Shown here in pieces: positions 38,778 to 47,815 of a DNA stretch of 64,000 nucleotides (position 1 is its first letter; every line of letters starts with the position of its first letter). A program made the position numbers and the translations under genes. A model generated the notes under the pieces. It was not told the origin of the DNA. It searched no databases and worked only from the letters and a program-made list of their open reading frames with translations. The stretch covers positions 124,001 through 188,000 of the IMG/VR virus record IMGVR_UViG_3300037110_000087. The stretch is one strand, 5' to 3'.

Positions 38778-39248
38778 ATGTCAAGAACTATGTTCTCTGG
38801 TCTTCAGAGTATCCAGGATGCTATTTTCTGGGAAGATAGTGGTGTATTAGTGACGATTCCAAAGATCCAAAAGTCAAAACTTAAAGAATGTTGCTTCGTC
38901 CTAAACCACAATATTACATTAATCAATGGTTCGTACATTTTATCAACTGCGAAGCCAATTTTAGCCACTGGCAATATCAAGGTGGCCCCTTCTATTGGGA
39001 GGCGGTCCACGAGAATTTTTGATGTCCTTTTGCTTGGTGTAGAAAACGATAAGAGCAAGGATGCCATTGAATATTTCATGGGTAAGACTCAGAACTTTAA
39101 GGAATTGTTTAAGGTGATGTCCGGATTGTCCGGTTGGAGGCCCTATGGCAACCCATTTAGTAAGGAGGGTTATACTTATTGGGTGATGCTGCCCAAAGAA
39201 CTATCTCCTTATATTAAAATTAATGATTGGAACATGGAGGAAAACTAA
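38778..39248 (+). CDS. hypothetical protein
   Basis: RBS aaggag before ATG at 38778. Confidence 0.6.
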   Translation: MSRTMFSGLQSIQDAIFWEDSGVLVTIPKIQKSKLKECCFVLNHNITLINGSYILSTAKPILATGNIKVAPSIGRRSTRIFDVLLLGVENDKSKDAIEYFMGKTQNFKELFKVMSGLSGWRPYGNPFSKEGYTYWVMLPKELSPYIKINDWNMEEN

Positions 39249-39595
39249 TGAAACGTACCTTTACTTTTGAAGTGGAAGATGGAGTAGTGACCTATATTAG
39301 AGATGGACTGGTAATTGGGACTCAGCCAGAGAGCCACTTCTCTTATTTAATGTCAAGAGCAGTAATTAGAGTCTATCGAGAGGGCGACCTAATCGATATC
39401 ATTCCTTCCGGCGACGAAATGAGAACGCTCAGATTTGGAACTATTCCCCCTGAGAGTTGTAAGTTTGATGAAGCTGGAGACCTCGTGGATGGTAGGGTGG
39501 CAATTTTAAAGTCGGATGAAGTCCTTCCAACAGATTGGGATGAACGTGTTAAATTTGTTTTGGCTCATAGTAAGGAGATAGTTAATGTCATTTAA
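39248..39595 (+). CDS. hypothetical protein
   Basis: TAATG overlap, RBS ggagg. Confidence 0.6.
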   Translation: MKRTFTFEVEDGVVTYIRDGLVIGTQPESHFSYLMSRAVIRVYREGDLIDIIPSGDEMRTLRFGTIPPESCKFDEAGDLVDGRVAILKSDEVLPTDWDERVKFVLAHSKEIVNVI

Positions 39596-40220
39596 GAAAG
39601 CTATTAAATCTGCAAAGGCTATGCAGCAGACCTTTGATGTAGATATGTCTGTAGGTCCTGATATCGCCTTCACTGGGAGGTTTAGAACTCTTAGAGGAGA
39701 ACCAACTGTCTGGACCCTTAGGATTGATAATACCGAAGAGACTGGGGTTTCCTACGGTTTCCTATTGGATTTGAGAATCTTTTGTGCCAGTATCGTCAGT
39801 TTTACTGACGAGGATGGTGTGGCCCTCCCAATTCAGATCATCCAGAATATGTTCACCGATGGAGAACTTACCAATCCTAGTCGGCTGGTTAATCCTGACC
39901 GTAAAGACATCTTCACTGAAACAAAAATCTTTACCATGTGGCAAGAGCTATCCGCGAACTGTAAGAAAGAATCAGACTATGACAATCTTCCTCTGGTGGC
40001 CAAGGAATTGATCTGGGATCTTCTGCTAAGAGGTATGATCCTCACCTTCGACCGCGAATACAATATGATGTTCTTGGCCAAGTTCAATAATGAGCTTGAT
40101 AAGCTGGCTCCTAATTTAGTCGTATCGGAACTTGAGCGACAGGTGGATAAAATTAGACAATTGACTTTAGATAATCAGGAAAAGGCAGAGATTCAAGAAG
40201 CTCATGCAGAAGCCAAATAG
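39585..40220 (+). CDS. putative tail/baseplate assembly chaperone
   Basis: Position upstream of the tape measure; size and acidic helical composition. Confidence 0.4.
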   Translation: MSFKKAIKSAKAMQQTFDVDMSVGPDIAFTGRFRTLRGEPTVWTLRIDNTEETGVSYGFLLDLRIFCASIVSFTDEDGVALPIQIIQNMFTDGELTNPSRLVNPDRKDIFTETKIFTMWQELSANCKKESDYDNLPLVAKELIWDLLLRGMILTFDREYNMMFLAKFNNELDKLAPNLVVSELERQVDKIRQLTLDNQEKAEIQEAHAEAK

Positions 40221-41130
40221 GATCGAGATAGACCTTGGATTTAGATATCCGAGATCCTTTGTCCTCAGATTAGGAGGGGATGTCCTTGTATTTAAGGAAC
40301 CCTCCTTGTCCTATTTAGACGAGTGTGGTGCTTTCCATCTTGATAATGTCTATGCCAAGGAGCTGATCAAATATCTCCAATATGACTCTCTTGAGGAATT
40401 TCTAGATCTGATTGATTGGCTCCCGGTTGACTTACTGAAGCAATTGGTTCATTTATGTGCATTGGTTTTTGAATGTGATGAAACCCCGCTTGTAGAGGCG
40501 TTGAATCTGATCCAAGAGCCTATTGGGAGGGGAGAATTAAGAAAAGCTACTAGTAAATATTCAGCTAGTCTGAATATTAAACACAACAAAGAATCCCTTG
40601 ATTATTTGTTGGAACGACTTGGTGTATTGGTTAAGGCTACCCCTAATTATCAAAGACAGGAGATGGAGGATACTTCTAGGAGGACTGAAGCCTGGATTCC
40701 CCTGACTGCAGCAATTAATCCAGAGTCCTATAGGAAAATCAGGAATGCCCTTTCCTATGATCCAGAAACCTTTGACGAAGAGCAGAATAAAAACTTATCC
40801 GAACATGCACTTATTCAGCGCAATAAGACAGTATCCAAGAAGGACAAGGAAAAGCTTGGTGCTGATGAGAAGGACAAGCTCACCATGGCTTATTCCGGGG
40901 ATACTGGAGTTTCAATGACTCAGTTGTCCAAGGAAGCCTTTGCCAAGCTCTGGCATTCTGATCCTGCAGGCTTCCTAAAGGCATCCAAAGAAGGCATTGA
41001 TCTTACTACTTATCGTAAGGCAGGGGAACAGGGAGTAGATCCTACTATCTTGGCAGAAAGGCAGAAGGAGACACCTGATCAACCCACTGTTACCATAAAA
41101 AGTAGATGGCGTAGTAAGAAGGAACAATAA
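40204..41130 (+). CDS. putative tail assembly chaperone 2
   Basis: Directly upstream of the tape measure gene. Confidence 0.4.
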   Translation: MQKPNRIEIDLGFRYPRSFVLRLGGDVLVFKEPSLSYLDECGAFHLDNVYAKELIKYLQYDSLEEFLDLIDWLPVDLLKQLVHLCALVFECDETPLVEALNLIQEPIGRGELRKATSKYSASLNIKHNKESLDYLLERLGVLVKATPNYQRQEMEDTSRRTEAWIPLTAAINPESYRKIRNALSYDPETFDEEQNKNLSEHALIQRNKTVSKKDKEKLGADEKDKLTMAYSGDTGVSMTQLSKEAFAKLWHSDPAGFLKASKEGIDLTTYRKAGEQGVDPTILAERQKETPDQPTVTIKSRWRSKKEQ

Positions 41131-44100
41131 TGACCGCTTTTGACATCAAAAAATTCTCGGAGATGACAGCAGGGGATTTCAAAAGAGCTATCCAAGAAGG
41201 CATGGGCGGGAGGGGGGATCCTTTAAGAGGTTCTAGTTTTAGACCTACAAGACCTGAAGGGGATGACAGGACTATTCCTCGTAGTGATCATCCAGCTGAA
41301 TTAAATCAGGGGAATGAAACTGACGCCCTTGAACGTGTAAAACAAGCTAAGATTAGGGCCGCTTCAGATCTAGAAGGTTTGATAAAATCCGTAAATACGG
41401 AATTGGACTTCATAGACAAAGAATTGAAAAAGTCTATGATGGGTAGAACCGATAAATTAAAAGCCTTAAGTAAGAAAACCCAACTATTTGAGAAATTAGT
41501 TGGTGAATTAACTAGTAGCCGAGATGAATTCGTTGGAAAGTTGATGCAGGGTGGATTAACCCAAGCCGAATGGATGGGTATTATCAAAATGACAAAAGAA
41601 GCCTGTAAGGGTAATACTGAACAAGCTGCTAAAGAAGTAGAAAAAGTTCGGAAACAAATAGAAGGTCTTAAGGGATACGGTGGTTTGGCTCTGGAAAAAT
41701 TGGCTGGGGATATTGTTGATAATCTAAAGATCACTGGCGATAAGTGTTTAGAGCATATGTCTGATATGGCTGGGGTAGCTTTAAGGACGAAACAAGAAAT
41801 GGATCTTAAACTCCAGGATATGAAAATCAGAGGAGTCAAAGGTTGGCGCATGGCTGCAGCTAAGATGCAGGCTGCTATGAAGCACAATGGTGGTTCTGGC
41901 ATGTTTGTAGAGGGTGCGGAAGCTCTCAGACAACAGGAAAGACACAACACTGGAGTAGGTGCCTTGAGTAAGGTGACTGGTGCTGGTAATTTTATGGGTA
42001 GATATGTAACCGATGAGGGGAAGTTCGATAAAGCTGAATTCTATAAAGGAATGTTGGATAAACTTCAGAAGGTAGCCGAGACTGGGTTCAGTGCCTATAG
42101 GGAAACCGGTAGACAGTTCGGTGGTGAGAATCGAGGCATGGGTGAAATTTATAGTGCCTATCAGGATATGTCTGCTCAATATAATAAGGTCGGATTAAAA
42201 ACTGGTTATTCTGCAGAGGAAACCGCTAAGAATCATCGAATTATTAGCGATGCGATTCGTGATACCAGTAGTTCCTTAGAAGAAAGATCAGCTGTTCAAC
42301 TGAAATCCACTGAAACTGCACAGAAATATTCATGGGCCTTAGGTATGGAAGTATCCAAGATCACTGCGGTGGCGAAAGCCTATCGTTTGTATCAAGGAGT
42401 TAATTCTAAGGATGCTGTTAAGACTGCCGCTTCCGCGATGCAATCAATGATGGAAGATATTAATCACACTGTTAGCGGGGATCTCAAGGTAAGCAGTGAT
42501 GATGTTGCTGAGAGAATGAAAGAAATTGCTGAAGAAGCCCAAAAATCCGGTATTGGGATGAAAGCCTTTTCGGAATATACCCAACAATCGATGGTTTATG
42601 CAGATAAACTGGGTATGACCTATGCTAGAGCTTGGGATATGGCAAAGAAATTATCAGATCTCCAAGCCGGTAAAACTACCACCGCTGGTGAATCAGTTGA
42701 ATCGCTAGCTTTGAATGGTACCTTAGACAAAATTAGATTGGGTTCCAATTCAGTCTTAGGTGGGGTCAATGCTAATCAAAATACAATGGGCTTTAGAAAG
42801 GATATGATTAGTGCTTTAGAAGCCAGTGGTTTACAGAAAAAGGACGTCGATGAAACTAAGAATATAGTAGATAATCCAGCAGTCCAAGCTGAGATGCTTA
42901 CAATGTTGCAGGCTATGAAAACTGGAAAACTTTTAGCATGGTCAGCGTCTACTGAGAACGGTGGTGCCAAGATTGCTCAATATACTAAGCAACTAGCGAC
43001 TACTGAAGGTGGTCGAAGACTCTTGGGTAATACCAATGTTAATGACATTTTCCGTGAAAACGCCCAAAAGAGCAATTATGGGGGCGATTGGATGAAAGCG
43101 ATGTTAGTGAGACGCGCTAAGGGTGAAACAGGAGAGCAAGCATCTCTTGAAATGAATCAAGCAGAGCAAAACGATACTAATACACAGATAAAGAAGGAAA
43201 CAAAAGACCAAAAGAAGGAAACAGAAGAGGAACATCAAAAGCGTTTAGAGGCAGAGGCAGAATCTTCCAACAATACTGGTGCCGCAATTACTGCTTTAAT
43301 TCACCCCATGGAAGCCTTCAGCAAAGCCTGTAATATGTTCGTTGGATCAGTTAATATGTTCGGTATAATCATGGGTGCGAAAGCTGGCTTAGATATTGTC
43401 GATAGTATGGGTGGTCTTGGAAAGCTAGGTGGTCTTGGTAAAGGTCTAGTAGGCAAGTTGATGGGTAAAGGTGCTGCAGGGGTTATGGAAAGAGGCGCTA
43501 TTGGTGTGGCTGAAAACTTAGCTCCAAAAGCCCTTACTCCAGCTGCCCAGTATGTAGCCGATTTGGCTTTATCTACTGGCGGGGCCGGTGCCGGGGGTGC
43601 CGGGCTAACTGCTGCTACTGGGGAATTGACCGCTGCCGCTACGGAATTGACCGCTTCTACCACAGGTTTGACCGCTGCCGCTACTACTATCCCAGAGGCT
43701 CTAGCACCTGAGGTTGCTGCCGGTGGCCTTGGTGCTGCTGCTACGACAGCTGCATCTGCTGCCGGTATTGCTGCTGCCATTGCTGCCATGGCAGATATTG
43801 GTTATGGGGCGACTCGTGGTATGGTTCATGCTACCCAGCAGAGTGATTACTTTGAATCTAAGCATGCTGGGGAAGCTACTGCCGAAGATACACAAAAGAT
43901 GTTTTCAAGTGAAACCGGATTCTGGGGTAAAATCGGAGCCGGTATTGGTCTATTGGCAGATCTCGCTGAGGAGTCCTATCGGCAGCAGGGTAACGAATTA
44001 AAGGGTGGAGACTACATTTCAGAAAAAGCCTACCAAACCGGAGTGAAGGCAAGTAGTGGTAAAACTCCTGATACTGGTGCCACAAAGGATCCCAATAAGG

Positions 44101-44222
44101 AATATCTTGCTACAAAGGATCCTAATAGTAGTGATCTGCTGATTAGGATTAAAGGAGAGGATATCGGAAAGACCTCCCTCAATACTCTAGTCCGTCAATA
44201 CAAGGATGCCGGTGTTGGTTAA
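41130..44222 (+). CDS. tape measure protein
   Basis: 1030 aa, helical K/E/A/M-rich; Gly/Ala hydrophobic C-terminal region. Confidence 0.65.
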   Translation: MTAFDIKKFSEMTAGDFKRAIQEGMGGRGDPLRGSSFRPTRPEGDDRTIPRSDHPAELNQGNETDALERVKQAKIRAASDLEGLIKSVNTELDFIDKELKKSMMGRTDKLKALSKKTQLFEKLVGELTSSRDEFVGKLMQGGLTQAEWMGIIKMTKEACKGNTEQAAKEVEKVRKQIEGLKGYGGLALEKLAGDIVDNLKITGDKCLEHMSDMAGVALRTKQEMDLKLQDMKIRGVKGWRMAAAKMQAAMKHNGGSGMFVEGAEALRQQERHNTGVGALSKVTGAGNFMGRYVTDEGKFDKAEFYKGMLDKLQKVAETGFSAYRETGRQFGGENRGMGEIYSAYQDMSAQYNKVGLKTGYSAEETAKNHRIISDAIRDTSSSLEERSAVQLKSTETAQKYSWALGMEVSKITAVAKAYRLYQGVNSKDAVKTAASAMQSMMEDINHTVSGDLKVSSDDVAERMKEIAEEAQKSGIGMKAFSEYTQQSMVYADKLGMTYARAWDMAKKLSDLQAGKTTTAGESVESLALNGTLDKIRLGSNSVLGGVNANQNTMGFRKDMISALEASGLQKKDVDETKNIVDNPAVQAEMLTMLQAMKTGKLLAWSASTENGGAKIAQYTKQLATTEGGRRLLGNTNVNDIFRENAQKSNYGGDWMKAMLVRRAKGETGEQASLEMNQAEQNDTNTQIKKETKDQKKETEEEHQKRLEAEAESSNNTGAAITALIHPMEAFSKACNMFVGSVNMFGIIMGAKAGLDIVDSMGGLGKLGGLGKGLVGKLMGKGAAGVMERGAIGVAENLAPKALTPAAQYVADLALSTGGAGAGGAGLTAATGELTAAATELTASTTGLTAAATTIPEALAPEVAAGGLGAAATTAASAAGIAAAIAAMADIGYGATRGMVHATQQSDYFESKHAGEATAEDTQKMFSSETGFWGKIGAGIGLLADLAEESYRQQGNELKGGDYISEKAYQTGVKASSGKTPDTGATKDPNKEYLATKDPNSSDLLIRIKGEDIGKTSLNTLVRQYKDAGVG

Positions 44223-44249
44223 GGTTATAATTTTAACAAGGAGTAATCA

Positions 44250-44465
44250 ATGTACGAATTAATACAGAAACTCAAGACTGGACACCTGACAGTGATGATG
44301 TCTCCAAAACATGTGGGACAATATTTACTGACTATTAATGGTATTCCTATTACCCTATCTAGTGGTATCCGTGTGGAATTGACGAAGATTTTCACTGTTG
44401 AGCAGTTGAAGATTTCCAAGAATCTGATTGACGCTATTGCTAAGGGTCAGATTGTCATAATCTAA
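44250..44465 (+). CDS. hypothetical protein
   Basis: RBS aaggag; preceded by GGTTATAAT. Confidence 0.6.
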   Translation: MYELIQKLKTGHLTVMMSPKHVGQYLLTINGIPITLSSGIRVELTKIFTVEQLKISKNLIDAIAKGQIVII

Positions 44466-44938
44466 TGCAATATTTTTGTGATTGCTGTCATAAATCAGCA
44501 AGCATAGATGGATTGGACACTCATCACAGGAAACCACAGAATGTAAGTGGATCTGATGACCCATCCAATCTGGTTAAGATTTGTGCCACCTGCCATTCTA
44601 ATACCCACAAATTGGTTCACAAACTCCGAAAAGGAAATATGGGAGCAATTTACAGCTTCCTGGAAGAAAATTATCCCGGTGATTTTGACGTCCATAAGCT
44701 AATGATTGATATGGCTCAGACAGTGGTACTTGAAGAAGAGAATGGAGAAAAGACTGAGGTTAATGTCATGTATAAACCGACTGTCGAAGTTCATAAGAAG
44801 TTAAAAGATCTAGCAAAACAGTCAAAGGTTTCTTTGGTTCATCTCATCGACGAGTTAATTGAAGCCGAGTATAGACGAAGAAATTTTTCAAAACCAAATG
44901 GATTGAATCCACTGAGGGCGAAACGTGACCAGACCTAA
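44465..44938 (+). CDS. HNH endonuclease with C-terminal ribbon-helix-helix-like domain
   Basis: CDCC...DTHHRKP...NLVKICATCHSNTH; NVMYKPTVEVHKKLKDLAKQSKVSLVHLIDELIE. Confidence 0.8.
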   Translation: MQYFCDCCHKSASIDGLDTHHRKPQNVSGSDDPSNLVKICATCHSNTHKLVHKLRKGNMGAIYSFLEENYPGDFDVHKLMIDMAQTVVLEEENGEKTEVNVMYKPTVEVHKKLKDLAKQSKVSLVHLIDELIEAEYRRRNFSKPNGLNPLRAKRDQT

Positions 44939-45641
44939 TCAGAAGAAGGATAACCTGATGGACCTCCTTGGTCCTATGAATGAAATGCTTAGCCCCCATG
45001 GACCAATCATTTATATTAGAGATGAAATTGATATGGAAACCGCTGCCGGTTTCCGTGAGGCTGTGGAAATTCTGGAATACGAGCGTTATTGTGAATTCGC
45101 TATGATTGAGATCAACAGCCCTGGTGGCGAAGTTGATGCAACTCTAGAAATCATCAATATCATGAGGGGTTCTTCCCTGGAATTCGCTACCTACAATGTT
45201 GGACAGGCTTGTAGTGGTGCGGCTCTGATTCTTTCTGCCGGTACTCCTGGGAAGCGATTTATGTCTCCCCTCTCAACTGCTATGGTCCATGACCTATCTA
45301 CGGGTAGTGGGTATGATAATATTGCTGAACTTAAGAGTCGGACCAACTACCTTGATGCCCTAAATGGTATGCTAAGGAACCTATTGGCAAGTAACTGCGG
45401 AATCTCTGTAAAAGAGTTAGAAAAGCGATTCAAGGCTAGTGAATCCCATGACCTGTTCTTGTTACCTCAGGAAGCTAAGGACTTTGGACTGGTGGATTTT
45501 GTCGCTATTGCCTCAATGGCCGAGACTCAGGGATATCAGATCGAGTTAGATTATGTTGAAGCCAAACCTGATGAGAAGCCTGTAAAACCACAGAAGAAGG
45601 CCCCTACCAAGAAACCTGCCAGAACACCCAGGAAGAAATAG
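44925..45641 (+). CDS. clpP: ClpP-family protease
   Basis: INSPGGEV, GQACSGAALIL (Ser), MVHD (His), DLFLLPQEAKDFGLVD (Asp). Confidence 0.92.
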   Translation: MTRPNQKKDNLMDLLGPMNEMLSPHGPIIYIRDEIDMETAAGFREAVEILEYERYCEFAMIEINSPGGEVDATLEIINIMRGSSLEFATYNVGQACSGAALILSAGTPGKRFMSPLSTAMVHDLSTGSGYDNIAELKSRTNYLDALNGMLRNLLASNCGISVKELEKRFKASESHDLFLLPQEAKDFGLVDFVAIASMAETQGYQIELDYVEAKPDEKPVKPQKKAPTKKPARTPRKK

Positions 45642-45667
45642 GGTAAAATAGAGGTAAGGTGATATGG

Positions 45668-46867
45668 ATGGGCAAGCTTAGATTAGCTTTCAAGACAGTC
45701 GTAAAGACCGAGCCGGAAAAGACTGAAACAAAGGTAGTACCGGACGCTCTTGAGAAGCTGACTAAGCTTGTTTACGGGATTGAAACGGGACAGGCAACAA
45801 TGGGTCCTGAGTTAAATCTCTACATTAAAGATTATGTATGGGTTTATAACACGATCAAAGAGAGATCTCTGGCTATAGCAATCGATGAAAGTCGTCATAT
45901 CCAGAACCTGATCAGCAAGCAGGAGATGTTGGAGAATGAATTCACCAATTTCCTTGAGGCTCTAAGGGAATCACTCAGGCAGCAACGTAATGATTTCGAG
46001 TTGAATAAGATCGAAGGGAGTCTGCTGGACAAGGAAAGTGTTTATAGTAGCCTCCTTTATACTCATATCGAAGGTCAGATTAAGAAAATTCATGAAGTAG
46101 TTCGTACCCCCTATAATGCTGCAGTCGAGAAGATTGAAAACTCCTCAGTTATTGAGTGCCTTACTAAGACCGTACAGGACTTTGCGAAAAGTGATGAATC
46201 GCCTGATTGGTTTGTCCCTAAGGATAAGTTCTGTCCTCACCATCTGTTACAGCAAATCAATGACCATAGTGGTGGATTGCCTGATCGATATAACCATATC
46301 ATCGATCTAGTAAAGTATTTATGTGAACTGCAGCCCGAACCTATTGAGATCACAAATGAGAAATATGAGCAGACCTATGAGGTCGATACCGGCTATAGAT
46401 ATCCAATCGTAGATGATCCTATTCTAGCCAAGATCACAATCAATGGTGAATTGATCAATGGGACTTGGGAATGCCGGATGACCAAGATTGATTGCGATGG
46501 TCATGATTCGAGTCAGGCAGAAATGGCCGCTAAGAAGCTATTTGAGAGTGATTTGCGCTATAAAGTGTCTGAAAGGGCCGGTACCTCCGAGGAACCTTGT
46601 TTGTGGAAAACAGAGACAACGGTAAAGGCATCCCTTTGTAAACAGTCCTATCTTGAACGACATGCTAATCTACTGGCTATTGCAGCTATGGAGCCAATGG
46701 AAACCCTAGATGAAATGATAAAAATACAATGCGCTGAGGGCAATTGGAACTACGATCCCTATATGCATGGTATGGCTAATGGTCTGCTCTTGGCCAAGTC
46801 AGTATTTGACGAAACCCACGAGCCAAAATTTCTCGAAGCACCGGAGAAGTGGTTATATGATAAATAA
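45668..46867 (+). CDS. hypothetical protein: coiled-coil N-terminal part plus C-terminal GNWNYDPYMHGMANG domain
   Basis: Long ORF; the C-terminal motif resembles a small phage protein family. Confidence 0.6.
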   Translation: MGKLRLAFKTVVKTEPEKTETKVVPDALEKLTKLVYGIETGQATMGPELNLYIKDYVWVYNTIKERSLAIAIDESRHIQNLISKQEMLENEFTNFLEALRESLRQQRNDFELNKIEGSLLDKESVYSSLLYTHIEGQIKKIHEVVRTPYNAAVEKIENSSVIECLTKTVQDFAKSDESPDWFVPKDKFCPHHLLQQINDHSGGLPDRYNHIIDLVKYLCELQPEPIEITNEKYEQTYEVDTGYRYPIVDDPILAKITINGELINGTWECRMTKIDCDGHDSSQAEMAAKKLFESDLRYKVSERAGTSEEPCLWKTETTVKASLCKQSYLERHANLLAIAAMEPMETLDEMIKIQCAEGNWNYDPYMHGMANGLLLAKSVFDETHEPKFLEAPEKWLYDK

Positions 46868-47312
46868 TCTAGTCCTATCAGTTCTGCTTGGGTCTGCATC
46901 TCTGACCCTTTGCCTAGCGAGCCCAGTCACCCAGCAGGCCCCCTCCCAGCCGCCTCAGGAGATGAAGTCAGTGCTGCAGCAGGCCATCCCCCTGCCCAAG
47001 GAGATGCCCATCCAGTATCTGCTTGGACCGGTCTCCTGGATGAGCCGAGAACAGGTGGACTACGTGGTGGAGCAGGCGGCCAACATTGCGTTCAATGCAG
47101 ATAAGCTAATAGAAGCCGTCAAGGTCGATGGGGGCGAGCACACTTTCGTAATTGAGCTGGAGGACGGGAATTTCCTCAAGGAGAAGAAGGAATTCTACAA
47201 CAGCTTCAGACTGCTGATGTACACTCTGCAGGGGTATTACCTCAGCGAGGGCTACCGCGCCGTCATGTCCGTCGATAAGCCCAAGGTCTACCTCACCATC
47301 ACGTGGGACTAA
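46857..47312 (+). CDS. putative exported protein in a GC-rich patch
   Basis: Signal-peptide-like MINNLVLSVLLGSASLTLCLA; C/G-ending codons. Confidence 0.6.
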   Translation: MINNLVLSVLLGSASLTLCLASPVTQQAPSQPPQEMKSVLQQAIPLPKEMPIQYLLGPVSWMSREQVDYVVEQAANIAFNADKLIEAVKVDGGEHTFVIELEDGNFLKEKKEFYNSFRLLMYTLQGYYLSEGYRAVMSVDKPKVYLTITWD

Positions 47313-47353
47313 CCCACCCGGCTTATAAAGGTTAAATCCGAAAAGGATTTAAT

Positions 47354-47797
47354 ATGGTTAAACTTTTCTATTACAAAGAACCCATTAGTGTCAATAAACT
47401 ATATATCAATGTTAAGGGCCAATCTAGAAAATTCCTTTCGAAAGAAGGAAAAGAGTTTAAAGCCTACATTAACAAAATGACCAGTGAACAGCTGGTAGGA
47501 TTAGATGACCTTTTGCGCGATTGGGTCGAAGAGAATCAGAAGCTAGTTGTAATGGTTACGGTATCCTCCCCTACTTGGTTATTAAAGGATCGTAAGACCC
47601 CACGTAAGAAGGACATTAGTAATATTGAGAAGGCGTTACTCGACTCAGTATTTGATGCGATTAAAGAATCTGGGTTTGATCTGGACGATTGTCTGATTTG
47701 GTCGGTGACCCTCCTCAAGCAGTTTAGCCTAGAAAGCAAAATAGAAGTTTTAATCTCTCCCTACACTGGTATAATGGGAGTAGGATGTCAAAATTAA
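47354..47797 (+). CDS. rusA: RusA-like Holliday junction resolvase
   Basis: PISVNKLY, KKDISNIEKALLDSV, DDCLIW motifs. Confidence 0.85.
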   Translation: MVKLFYYKEPISVNKLYINVKGQSRKFLSKEGKEFKAYINKMTSEQLVGLDDLLRDWVEENQKLVVMVTVSSPTWLLKDRKTPRKKDISNIEKALLDSVFDAIKESGFDLDDCLIWSVTLLKQFSLESKIEVLISPYTGIMGVGCQN

Positions 47798-47815
47798 CAC
47801 CAATTCGAGGTCCAA

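Noticed and set aside
39585-41130. Programmed -1 frameshift between the two genes upstream of the tape measure (GGAAAAG near 40178)
   Set aside because: The second ORF is in the +1 frame relative to the first, has its own ATG, and the site is not a canonical slippery heptamer.
41306-43789. Antisense ORFs over the tape measure (and 36887-37567 over the SSB)
   Set aside because: Shadow frames of real genes, with no RBS or motifs.
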